Assembly: GCF_006345805.1 (NCBI RefSeq)
Contig: NC_042997.1
Coordinates: forward strand, 206,398,001-206,462,000
Length of the DNA stretch: 64,000 nt
Direction: 5' to 3'
From: Octopus sinensis
Lineage: Eukaryota
A program made the position numbers and the translations under genes. Positions 1 through 11,009 of this stretch are shown here, piece after piece. Under the pieces are notes generated by a model. It saw nothing but the letters and a program-made list of their open reading frames with translations, did not search any database and was not told the origin of the DNA. Position 1 is the first letter of the stretch. Each line of letters begins with the position of its first letter.

Positions 1-262
1 ATACAGGAGCTGCCGGAAGGTGGCACGCATGGCGCAATCCAACCGCCTTAGGGGCTCCACTCCGGATTTTCGATGGCCATTGACTCATGAGAGAGTTCCT
101 CTGCCCTTTGACAGGTTTTGTTTTTAGTCCTGCTGGGTGTTCAAATCACCCTCCTCACCAAGAAATCTTGGTGGGGTTGCCAGTTTAGTCGCCAACGACC
201 CGACCATGTAACAGGTTGTACTGGGTTACATGTTACCAGTAGCTCCAAGCGGAGACCTGACA
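1..262 (-). mobile_element. Possible 5' UTR of a LINE continuing off the window start
   Basis: GC-richer block abutting a (CA/TA)n microsatellite; no ORF to confirm. Confidence 0.25.
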
Positions 263-785
263 TATATACATACATACACACACACACATACACACATATA
301 CACATACACACACACATACATACATACATAGAATATTCACTCTTTAATTATTGTGAAGTCATATGAAATTCTTCTTTTTTGTCTACATGATGTTTCAGTC
401 ATTTGTTAGTGTGCATACTTGCACTTTAAAGTGCATTATGGTGTAATGAATAACTAATGGCCTCTTTTGGGCATTTTAACTGCTACTTTTCATTTCTCTT
501 GAATAGAGAGTTATTCCAACCAAATGGCAAAACCTTTGTTCCATAGTGGATACTGCTCTAAAAATAGTTCAAGGGATTTGTATTCACTCTCACACACATG
601 ATTAAAACAGTGTGGCATTTTAAACTTGATAAAATCCCTGCTTTATAAATATGCAAGGCTTTTGTTATCATGTGTGTGGGAGTGGGCAGTGTTAATATAG
701 ATGTTACGCATTAATTTAATGTGTTGAACTTATATTTATTAATGTATATCGAATTATACATAGATATATACAAGATCTGATATAC

Positions 786-884
786 ACATACATTATCATC
801 ATCATTTAACTTCCCCTTTCCATGCTAGCATGGGTTGGACAGTTTAACTGAGGAGTGGCAAGCCAAGAGGCTGCACACACCACT
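786..884 (-). mobile_element. RTE 3'-end remnant with (GAT)n tail
   Basis: catcatcatttaac...ccatgctagcatgggttggac shared with the other RTE 3' ends in the window. Confidence 0.7.
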
Positions 885-1139
885 AAATACACACACACAC
901 ACACAAGTCTTCTGCCATTTGTCTTCCACCTCAACAGGAGTGGTTACAGTTGATAACACTTGTTTTAAAATCCTGTTTTCTGATTGGATAAAAAATTTTT
1001 CACAGATCATTTCATTTCTTCATATTTCTAGTTTATGTTATGGATACCCAATTTATCGCTATCATATTTTTTTATCCTCATAATATCTATTTAACATTTT
1101 ATTATATTAACCTTAAGTTTCCAGGCAAAGGTAAAGGTT

Positions 1140-1875
1140 ATGTACACAATCCATTTTTGGTGATTTTTTTTTTTCTTTTTCAGATTTCTATGTTTTCGAT
1201 ATTGGAAAATATGATTTCGCCCAAAAATCACGTTTTCAAAATTTTAATTTCCCCCACTCCACCCCATTCCAATTTATTCTTAACATTTTCCAAATTGTTT
1301 TAACCCATGTAGAAAAATATAGAGATTACAAATCTGGGAAATTTTTTTAAATTTTAATTTGTCTTAAAGAAACAATCAAGGCCACCACCTCACCCACCCA
1401 CCCACCACCTCACTTTCAAAGAAACTAAAAACTCAGAACGTTTCACTTTTGTCGTATGTTTCACACATGCATAGAATTCTAGCAGATGTCAAAACTATCA
1501 AACCACCACAAAAAAACCAGCATACTGGAAACAACAGCTAAATGACATTATTTATGGAAAAACATGCCTGCTTTCTAAAAAGCTAAAAGTGAAACATTCA
1601 GAGCTTTTAGCTTTTTGAAAGTAGGGAGGTAATGGCTGGAAGGGGATTTGAGTGTTGCTTAAAATTTTTTTTTTTTAATTCTTAAAGATTCGTAATCTCT
1701 GTATTTTTGTATGTGGATTACAGAAAAAATGTTGATAAAAGTTAGAAATTAAAAAATTGAGGAGACAAAAGGATAATTAAAATTTTGAAAAATGTGTTTT
1801 TTGAGCAAAATTCTAATTTCCTATATCAAAGGCAGAAATCCAAAGAAACTTTGGAAAAAGAAAGGTGGGGTACAA
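1140..1875. mobile_element. Degenerate foldback (MITE-like) element
   Basis: Nested inverted matches: aaaatcacgttttcaaaattttaatt vs aattaaaattttgaaaaatgtgtttt; agagattacaaatct vs agattcgtaatctct; cagaacgtttcactttt vs aaaagtgaaacattcag. Confidence 0.55.
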
Positions 1876-2441
1876 ATTATCCAATAAAATCCTTTTTTTT
1901 AAATATCTTCTCGCTCAGGGTCATTTTCATTCTTAAAAAAACAGGGTCTGTTTTGATAGAAATAAAGAGAGCATGCATATTATGTCATTCTTTCAATTTT
2001 CCTGGCAAAGACAGATCTCATTGAAAACGATATTTATGTTCCCCATAAATTTCTTTATAATCATAATCTATGCCATTTGAAAGGTATTTCTATAAAATCT
2101 TATTAATATATATCCATTTTTCTGAAGTTATGAAGGAAAAATTTTAATTCTGGAATTTCCCCAAAAAAATTTTTTTTTAATATTTTTCCCCACCTCCCTA
2201 ATTCCAAAACTTTCCACTATCGAGGCTTGTGGTGTTAATATAAGAGAACTAACAGAAATTTGTTATTAAATTTACTCACAGAAAATTATGTTATTAAAAT
2301 AAATTATCCAGCTTGGTACTTCACCAGAAGCAATACTGGAAAAATCCCAGATGCAGTAAAGGCAGTGCACCAGCATGGCCTCAGCCTCTGGCTGAATCCC
2401 ATATACAAAAAAAAATATATAAATTAAATATATATATATAC

Positions 2442-4316
2442 ATATAGAAAATAGTAAAAAGTGAAAAACTACAGAAGGCTTAAAGGTTAAAATATATATA
2501 TTTGCGTCAATATGTCTGAAGAATATTAAAAAATTTTTTTTCCTTACAATGACATAGTTTAGAAGAAAGACCGGTTTCGCGTTTAGCTTTTCAAATTTCT
2601 TACGACGTTATGTTTATGTTGAATAGAGTTATCGTTATGTTTATGTTTAAGGGGAGGTAATGAGTGATTTCTTCTGGTGTAAGGAAGATAATCGCTTAAA
2701 ATTTTTTTCCTTTCCCTTGGTGTAAATTTCTCTGTATCAGTATGTTGGCATGGTTAAGTCTGGGCTTGTACTTTTCAATGAAGAATGTTTCCTTGTTTAG
2801 TCTAATTTGTGTTGATGATCCGATAGCACATTGGTAAAATGGAAAGATTAAAAATTGTGGTAGTAGTTGCTTTGCGCATTTCTCAATGTGCTCACTAAAA
2901 GGTATCATTCTGTATTCTGGGAATGCAATCTGTTGTCGATGCAGTGTGCATCTACGTCTGAGTGATAGTCCCGTGGATCCCACGTAGTCTTGGTGGCAGC
3001 CCGAGCATTTTATGACATAAATTATGTTTTCAGAGGCACAAGTAAAGTTAGATTTGATCTTGAATTTCTGTCCCTCTTTAAAGAGGAATTCTGATCCTTC
3101 TAGCAGGTTTGGACATGTTGCACAGTTCGATGTACCACATTTTTTACTTTTGCATCCGTAATTTCAGAAAACAATTTTGCCTTTGTGAGAATCTTTTTAA
3201 GTGATTTAGGTTGTTTGTAGCTTTTAATGATTTGGTGTATGTTTAGAATTTCCTTTAATTTGGGGTCCTTATGAAGTATTGGTAAATTCTGGGTGATGAT
3301 GGTGAAGGCTTCTTTGTTTCTGGGGTTGTATGTAGATATGTAAGGTAGTATTTTTGGGGAAGGTGTGTTGTTGTGTTGAACTTTTCTTAAAGTTTCTATG
3401 TTGATTTCTGTTGCACGTCTGATCCCATCCTCTATGAGTTGAGCTGGGTAATGTCTGTCAATTAGGGTGTTTTTAGTTCTTGCAGTCTAAAGTTCCTGGT
3501 ATTTTGTTCTGACACTATTGTGCATATCCTTCTTGCAAGGTTGAAGGGGATGTTTGTTTTAGTGTGTCTTGGGTGGCATGAATTAAAAAGAAGGTATTGT
3601 TTGGCGTCTGTGGTTTTGTAAAAAATGTCTGTTTCTATTTTAAGGTTAATTTTTTTAATTAGTATATCCAAGAACGGGAGCTCCTTTTGGTTGTTATTCC
3701 ATTGTGAACTGTATATTTGGGTTTATGCTGTTCAATAGGTTTTTAAATTTTAGGAGTTTATCTGTGTTTTCATTCCAGAGTATAAAACAATCGTCTAAGA
3801 ATCATTTCCAATTCTCTTTTATGTATTGAGAAAGGGGGTTTCCAAAGATTGATAAAGATTCCTGGTAAATGATTATTTCCATGTATCCCATTGTTAGGTT
3901 CGCAATGACTGGTGCTGCCCTTGTACCCATAGCAATTCCGGATTTTTTACAGTAAAATGTATTGCCAAACATGAAGTGGTTATTATGTAGGATGAATTCA
4001 ATTGATTTAGTAATGAATTCTTTACTGATCCTTTTTGGTATTTCTTCCGGAAATTGGTCCAGCCAGAACTGTATTGCCTCCAGTCCATAATTATGAGGTA
4101 TACTAGTATATAAGTTAACTACATCAAATGAAACCAGGATTGTTTCTTCCTTGGCTTTTTTTGGAAGGTGGTTTAACATATCTAAGTCATTCTAAACTAT
4201 GTCATTGTAAGGAAAAAAATTTTTTTAATATTCTTCAGACATATTGACGCAAATATATATATATTTTTAACCTTTAAGCCTTCTGTAGTTTTTTCACTTT
4301 TTACTATTTTCTATAT
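2442..4316 (-). mobile_element. Penelope-like retroelement, 5'-truncated, decayed (RT plus GIY-YIG endonuclease) with an inverted copy of its 3' end
   Basis: RT motifs SFDVVNLYTSIP, SGIAMGTRAAP; thumb FNSCHPRHTKTNIPFNLARRI; GIY-YIG IIYVIKCSGCHQDYVGSTG...HRQQI; inverted repeats 2442-2564 and 4190-4316. Confidence 0.92.
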
Positions 4317-4351
4317 ATTCAACCACGTGCTTTCACAAACCAACTTTCTTA

Positions 4352-4411
<60 letters not shown>

Positions 4412-4808
4412 GGCGCAGGAGTGGCTGTGTGGTAAGTAGCTTGTCTACCAACTACATGGTTCCGGGTTCAGTCCCACTTCGTGGCACCTTGGGCAAGTGT
4501 CTTCTACTATAGCCTCGGGCCGACCAAAGCCTTGTGAGTGAATTTGGTAGACGGAAACTGAAAGAAGCCTGTCGTATATATGTATATATATATATGCGTG
4601 TGTGTGTTTGTGTTTGTCCCCTAGCATTGCTTGACAACTGATGCTGGTGTGTTTATGTCCCTGTTACTTAGTGGTTCGGCAAAAGAGACTGATAGAATAA
4701 GTACTGGGCTTACGAAAGAATAAGTCCCGGGGTCGAGTTGCTCGATTAAAGGCGGTGCTCCAGCATGGCCGCAGTCAAATGACTGAAACAAGTAAAAGAG
4801 TAAAAGAG
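4412..4808 (+). mobile_element. tRNA-derived SINE (octopus-type) with internal (TA/TG)n
   Basis: A/B-box-like head GGAGTGGCTGTGTGG...GGTTCAGTCCC, body GGCACCTTGGGCAAG, tail TGACTGAAACAAGTAAAAGAG; second copy at 10641. Confidence 0.8.
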
Positions 4809-4824
4809 TATATATATATATATA

Positions 4825-5651
4825 TCATCATCATCATCATCATCATCATTTAGCGTCCGCTTTCCATGCTAGCATGGGTTGGACGGTTCAACTGGGGTCT
4901 GTGAAGCTGGAAGGCTTCATCAGGCCCAGTCAGATCTGGCAGTGTTTCTACGGCTGGATGCCCTTCCTAATGCCAACCACTCCGTGAGTGTAGTGGGTGC
5001 TTTTTACGTGCCACCCGCACAGGTGCCAGACAGAGCTGGCAAATGGCCAAGAACGGATGGTGCTTTTACGTGTCACCGGCATGGGGGCCAGGCGAGGCTG
5101 GCAACGGACACGAATGGATGGTGCTTTTACGTGCCACCAACACGGGGGCGAGACAGAGCTGGCAAACGGCCACAAAACGGATGGTGCTTTTACGTGTCAC
5201 TGGCACGGGGGCCAGGCGAGGCTGGCAACGGACATGAATGGATGGTGCTTTTACGTGCCACCAACACGGGGGCCAGACAGAGCTGGCAAACGGCCACGAA
5301 ATGGATGGTGCTTTTACGTGTCACTGGCACGGGGGCCAGGCGAGGCTGGCAACGGACATGAATGGATGGTGCTTTTACGTGCCACCAACACAGGGGCCAG
5401 ACAGAGCTGGCAAACGGCCACGAAACGGATGGTGCTTTTACGTGTCACTGGCACAGGGGCCAGGCGAGGCTGGCAACGGACACGAATGGATGGTGCTTTT
5501 ACATGCCACCGACACGGGGGCCAGACAGGGTTGGCAAACGGCCACGAATGGATGGTGCTTTTACGTGTCACCGGCACGGGGGCCAGACAGAGCTGGCAAA
5601 CGGCCACGAACGGATGGTGCTTTTACGTGTCACCGGCACGGGGGCCAGGCC
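4825..5651 (-). mobile_element. 5'-truncated RTE copy (3' UTR only) inserted in (TA)n
   Basis: (CAT)n tail, conserved ggatgcccttcctaatgccaacc segment; same 3' UTR follows the RTE ORF at 60-63 kb. Confidence 0.8.
4995..5651 (-). repeat. About 62-bp minisatellite with alternating A/B monomers (about 124-bp dimer), about 11 monomers
   Basis: ATGGTGCTTTTACGTG(T/C)CAC core every 61-63 bp, alternating GCCAGGCGAGGCTGGCAACGGACA and GCCAGACAGAGCTGGCAAACGGCCA tails. Confidence 0.95.
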
Positions 5652-5707
5652 AATATATATATATATATATATATATACATACATACATTTATATATACCC
5701 ATATATA

Positions 5708-6401
5708 TTGGGTTGTCCGGAAAGTTTGTGCCGATTTATAGTAGCTTACCTTTCCACTTATTTACAACATGGTTGAGTCTATTTAGAGCACAGTTTAAGC
5801 TATCTTTTCATGGAAGAAGGTTTATGTTCCTATAACCTGTGTTAATTCTGTAACCCTTTAAAATGGAAGTTCATTTTCGGCACTTGATGCTTATCTTTTT
5901 CCATAAAGGGAAAAAGTGCCTCACAAGTAACCAAAGAAATACGTGCAGTTTACAGTGATGTTTCTTTATTCGAAAGAACTGTACGGAAGTGGTTCACAAG
6001 GTTCTGAGCTGGAGATTGTAGCCTTATTGATAAAGAGCCATCCACTACAGATGATGATCAAATCAAGTCATTAATTGAGAATAACCCACATTGCACAGCC
6101 CGAGAATTGGCAGAAAGTGACATTGCTCCTTCGGATTTCCACTTATTATTCAAGTCTCTGCAGAATAGTCTTAATGGTAAAAATTTCAATTTCTTGGATG
6201 ATGTAAAAAGATACCTTGATGAATTGTTTGCCTTGAAACCACCTCAATTCTGGGAAGAGGGTATTTTCAAGTTAAAGGAAAGATAGAGACGTATTGGGCA
6301 ACAAAATGGTTCATGTTTGGTTGATTAAAAATGTAATGGCAAGTATTTTTTTACCTTTTTCTTTCCTTTAAAACTCGGCACAAACTTTCCGGACAACCCA
6401 A
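5708..6401 (+). mobile_element. Internally deleted Tc1/mariner element
   Basis: TIRs ttgggttgtccggaaagtttgtgccga / tcggcacaaactttccggacaacccaa flanked by TA; HTH remnant (ERTVRKWF) fused to DIAPSDFHLL C-terminal motif. Confidence 0.92.
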
Positions 6402-6525
6402 TATATATATACACACACACACATACATTTATCTATATTATATCATCATCATCATTATCATCATCATCATCATTATCATCATCATCATCATCATAAACGA
6501 TGATGATGATGATGATGTATATGTA

Positions 6526-8230
6526 CTTGCAGAGATACCCGGTGTTTGCCGTGTTACATACAATTGAAGAATTAGACTTTTCTGTTATATTTTCTCTAAT
6601 TAACTGGAATATCTATGTTTCGAATTTCATCAAAATTGCAGATGAAGGTTACTTCCCTCTTTACAGACTCCCCAAAAATTGTAATCGTGCTACATGTATC
6701 CCATACTACTGATTTTTATGCGCATATTCCAAAATTCCAGTCATATTGAACCTGTCAAAAAGATTTTGCTCCTGAAAAATGGAGGTCATGGAGCTCTAAA
6801 ATGTGAGAGTCAAGGCCCCTGTTGGGGGTGGGCATCTTAATGTCAACCAGAGAAGTTGAATTGTTGAGAATCTTTTTAACTTGGGTCTTATATCTATTGT
6901 GTGAATTTCTTTGAATTAGGGAATATATGCTTACTGGATTTGTAAAAGAGAGCAAAGCTACAGGAAACCAAAAGACAAATGATCACAATAAGCAGTCAGC
7001 TACCCTACCCTAGTCGTTACCACTCCCAATATAGGATTCCTCACCATCCAGGTGACAGGCACAGCCATAAGATGCATTACGAATCTATAGCAATTGGAAG
7101 GGCGTGACCCAACTGAAATAAACATTAACAACTGTGTGACGTGAGAGCTAAGGAGAAATGTAAGTTGGAGTTTGCAAATGACCACTATACTGATACGTAA
7201 CTGGACAGAATAAATTTAAAATCTATAAATGTCTTTGAATGAGTCACTCATCAGGGAAGGCTTTAAAATCAATGTTACCATCTGGGGACTATGTGTGACC
7301 CAGTGATAATAAAAAGACTGAAAGGAGGTCTGCAATCAAATAACTTTACTCAACACTTTGCAACTGAATCTGTGGAGGCAAAGATGCCTCTCATTTACTT
7401 GACAATTTATGCACCACATTGCAGAAATCACAATCTAAGTGTATGTCAAAGCAAACTCTTATACTTTTGTACCATTGAATTACAAATAATGCTCATCTTC
7501 TATGCTCAGATGACCCCACAGCTTCGATGAGTATAACTGTATTTGTCTTTGCTTAGGAAAATGACTAAATTGTGGGTGTTAAGTCCCCATGAAAGGGTCT
7601 TTCTAACTTCTAAGAAGGTGAAATTTTATGAATATTACTTCAGTTGTATCTATATCTATGGTTAAAATTTTCTCAACAGCCAAAATATACGAATTTTCAT
7701 GGGGTTATGGCCCTTATGCATAGAATATAATTTCCAAATTTCTTAAAGATCCATTCAGTACTTTTGACCTAGTTTTGGATCATAAAAAAACAAGTAAAAT
7801 TTGGGAATTAAGCCCCCTATTAGGAGGGTCTTAGAATCCCCATGAAAAGTGGACAGGGAGTCTTAGAATCCTCATGAGAAGTGGAAACTTTGAGAATACG
7901 TCTTGATGTGTGTCAATTACCCATGGTTGAAGTTTCAACAACATCGAAAATTTATGAATTTTTATGGGGGTCTTGCCCCCTTGAAGTCATCTCAAATTCA
8001 AACCAAACATACTGCATTATACCTGCCCTTATGCATTGAATGTAAGTTCCAAATATCATAAGGATCCATTCAGTGATTTTGGTTCATGAAATTGTATGAA
8101 ACACACAGCATTACCCTTCTCCCTAGGCTTGGGTTTTGTGTTCCAAATTTCATTAGGATCGGTGCAGCAGTTTTCGAATGTATAAGTAATACACGAACAC
8201 ACATAAAGACATTGACTTTGATATAATAGA
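6526..8230 (-). mobile_element. Non-autonomous Helitron (older, about 1.7 kb)
   Basis: Minus-strand 5' TCTATTATATC at 8230; 3' end CACGGCAAACACCGGG hairpin plus CAAG|T (decayed CTAG), similar to the terminus of the neighbouring Helitron; internal sub-repeats. Confidence 0.5.
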
Positions 8231-8709
8231 CTAGCAGTATTGCCCGGCGTTGCTTGGGTTTGTAAGGGAAATAACTATATAAGCATTTTTAGAGAGTTAC
8301 TTCCCTTATAGATGCCAATTCGGGCTTTCTTAGCCATTTCTGTTTTGATGTCTTCAAGCCATGAAGTCGTTGTTCTAAAAGAACGCTGGTCTCCCTGACA
8401 ACGCTTTACAACGTTGATTTCCTTACACTCCCTTCCCCACAGCTTCACGAGGGAGGGAAGAAGGGGGAGAAGCAAACAGGTGCAGGTGTGACCATGGACG
8501 CCAACTCCGCCGCCATCGACACATGAAAAATTATGCATTAAAATCGTAGACTCATCGTAGACGCACGCTAATACTCAGATGGGCTTGATATGAATCACGA
8601 CTATAAGATACCCGAATTTGGTTAAACTGCACCGCAAAATGTGGGAGTAGTTAGGAATCTAAATCGAAGTAGACAGACACACACACAACTACAGTTTTAT
8701 ATATATAGA
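8231..8709 (-). mobile_element. Non-autonomous Helitron
   Basis: A|TCTATATATAT ... CCCAAGCAACGCCGGG hairpin ... CTAG|T, no TSD; second family member at 52924-53309. Confidence 0.8.
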
Positions 8710-8774
8710 TATGAATATGCACATATACATACATGTATGTGTGTGTGTGTGTGTATGTATTATATATATACCGT

Positions 8775-9440
8775 CCCAGGGTCTCAAGGGTCCATACCTC
8801 CCAAACCCTCAGAGTTGGCACTTTCAATGTCAGCACACTGAAAGGTAGGTCTAGTGAGATTGTTGAGCTGCTTGATCGGAGATGTGTCGATATGTACTGC
8901 ATCCAAGATGTTAGGTGGAGAGGAGGTTCTGCTAGGTTCCTCACAGGCAAAGAACATAGGTACAAGATTTTCTGGGCAGGGAGCACTGATGGGGTTGGGG
9001 GTGTGGGTATATTTCTTGCAGAGAAATGGGTTGATAAGGTAATCGAGGTAGTCGGAGTATGCGACAGAATGCTTAAGATTAGATTAGTGCTTCATCATGG
9101 GTTAGCAACCATTATCTCAGCCTATGCCCCTCATCCAGGGCTACCGATGGACAGAAAGACCGATTCTATGACACCCTCTTGCAAACTACCTCATTGACGA
9201 ACGACAGGGACCTTCTCTTCATGGCTGGTGACTTCAATGGACATGTTGGACAATATGCCGTGGGCTTCCATGGCATACATGGAGGCTACGGTTTTGGCTC
9301 CTGCAATGATGAGGGAACCAGGCTGCTGGAGTTCTGTGATGAAAGTTGCTGAATAAAGAAAATGAAAGGGAGAAAGAGAGTCTGTCGTATGTCAACCCAT
9401 CAGAGGGACCAGCTATCCGAGTTGACAGTACCTTGGTAGA
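8775..9440 (+). mobile_element. RTE LINE fragment (AP endonuclease)
   Basis: TLRVGTFNVSTLKGRSSEIVELLDRRCVDMYCIQDVRWRG; AGDFNGHVG. Confidence 0.9.
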
Positions 9441-9444
9441 TAAA

Positions 9445-10575
9445 GCAATTAGTTTTACTCATTCGGTTTTCAATCAACCAACCGTAACTAAGACAAAGTA
9501 ATTCAAATTTGTCAACCAATTAGATTTAACTTATGATTAAAAATAATCGCTCCCCAATTACCGATAGATTTAAACCACTAAAATATTAATATATAACAAA
9601 TAACAAGACTCTTGTAGCTAATCTATTATCTCTTAACAAATGAACACATATTACAAAATATTCTGTGAAATTAAATTATATTATTAATTCGGTGTATTAA
9701 CATGTATGTATAATTTTGTTATGACGAAAATAAAAAAAAATTTCATATAGATATTGGTGTATTTTTGTACGTATATATGCATGTTGCTTCTATTTGTTGC
9801 CCACACGCAGGGACTTATGTGTATTCAGAAGAATAATATTGTAATAACCCTGGTCTAACTGTATGTTACAAGTATATATTGACTGTGATTTTATAATTAA
9901 TAAGATTACATCTTTCGTAACTAACTGTTTATATTATATCATAGTATACTATATATTGGAATCTCCTATACTATTGTGAAGTGAAAATTACACTGAATCT
10001 AATATTATTATTATTATTAATAATAATAATAATGATAATAATATTAGTAATAATTAAATATTATATGTGTATTCATGGATATGGATGTATATGTATGTTC
10101 CAGTATATATGTATACATATGTATATAATTAATTGTCTATATGCTTGTACATATGTTTAATTGTGCCTATTTATGTACATGTATAGGTGTATATATTTTC
10201 TTATATATATATGTGTATATGGATATATATTTATATATATATTAAATTGTACGTGTATCCTGTTTCATGTATATATTTATATTTTGAAAGTACTTTATAA
10301 TCTCTGATGAGGCCTATGGATATATACAAGTACCCCATTTTTAACTGCCTACAACCTCAATATAATTGACAAGTATAGGCACTGAAAAACTACTTTTTTC
10401 TATAGGCTGAAACAGCTGTAAGTGATTTTAATGATTCTAACAATTTATATTAATGTTTTTTTAATAACTACTTGTATTCTTATCTTAAATGTATTGAATT
10501 TTATACTGTATATATGTATGTTATTATGGTTGTAGTTTTGAAGGCAACATTCTAATATCCTAAAGCTGATTAACC
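9445..10575 (+). mobile_element. AT-rich non-coding segment, probably a Penelope-like pLTR/3' end
   Basis: Contains the hammerhead motif; no ORF; family assignment is inference. Confidence 0.4.
10297..10428 (+). ncRNA. Type I hammerhead ribozyme motif (PLE-type, palindromic helix III)
   Basis: CTGATGA 10304-10310; helix II GGCCTATGGA/TCTATAGGCT (10311-20 / 10399-408); GAAAC 10409-13; AGCT; GTA cleavage triplet 10418-20; helix I imperfect. Confidence 0.7.
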
Positions 10576-10640
10576 AACTAATGTGTTTCTCCATTTTCTT
10601 ATTTGCAATATATATATATGTGTGTGTATGTGTGTGTGTG

Positions 10641-10997
10641 CAGGCATGGCTGTGTGGTAAGTTGCTTCCTTACCAATCACATGGTTCCAGGTTCAGTCCC
10701 ACTATGTGGCACATTGGGCAAGTGTCTTCTACTATAGCCCTGGGCAGAACAAAGCCTTGTAAGTTGATTCAATAGATGGAAACTGAAAGAAGCCTGTCAT
10801 ATATATATATATGTATATATTTATGTGTCTCTGTGTTTGTTGCCCCACTTGACATCCGATGCTGGTGTGTTTACAGCAAAAGAGACTGATAGAAAAAGCA
10901 CCAGGCTTACAAAGAATGAGTCTTGGGGTCAATTTCGTCGACTAAAGGCAGTGCTCCAGCATGGTCACAATCAAATGACCGAAACAAGAAAAGAGTA
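10641..10997 (+). mobile_element. tRNA-derived SINE, second copy
   Basis: Homologous to 4412-4808. Confidence 0.8.
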
Positions 10998-11009
10998 ATA
11001 TATACACAC

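Noticed and set aside
175-262. HDV-like ribozyme at a putative LINE 5' end (minus strand: CCAGU/ACUGG pairing, GGG-UCG/CGA-CUAA)
   Set aside because: Only 7 nt separate the P2-like and P1-like strands, so P3/L3 cannot form, and there is no G1 start; a hairpin alternative explains the pairings
4412-4490. tRNA gene
   Set aside because: A/B-box head continues into SINE body and tail and does not fold as a full cloverleaf; dispersed SINE copy
4995-5651. CRISPR-like array (also 62300-63290)
   Set aside because: The intervening sequences are themselves repeated (A/B alternation), not unique spacers; no cas genes; eukaryotic retroelement 3' UTR context
4879-5835. Long ORFs of 157-259 aa
   Set aside because: Products of the minisatellite reading through in several frames on both strands; no splice or domain support
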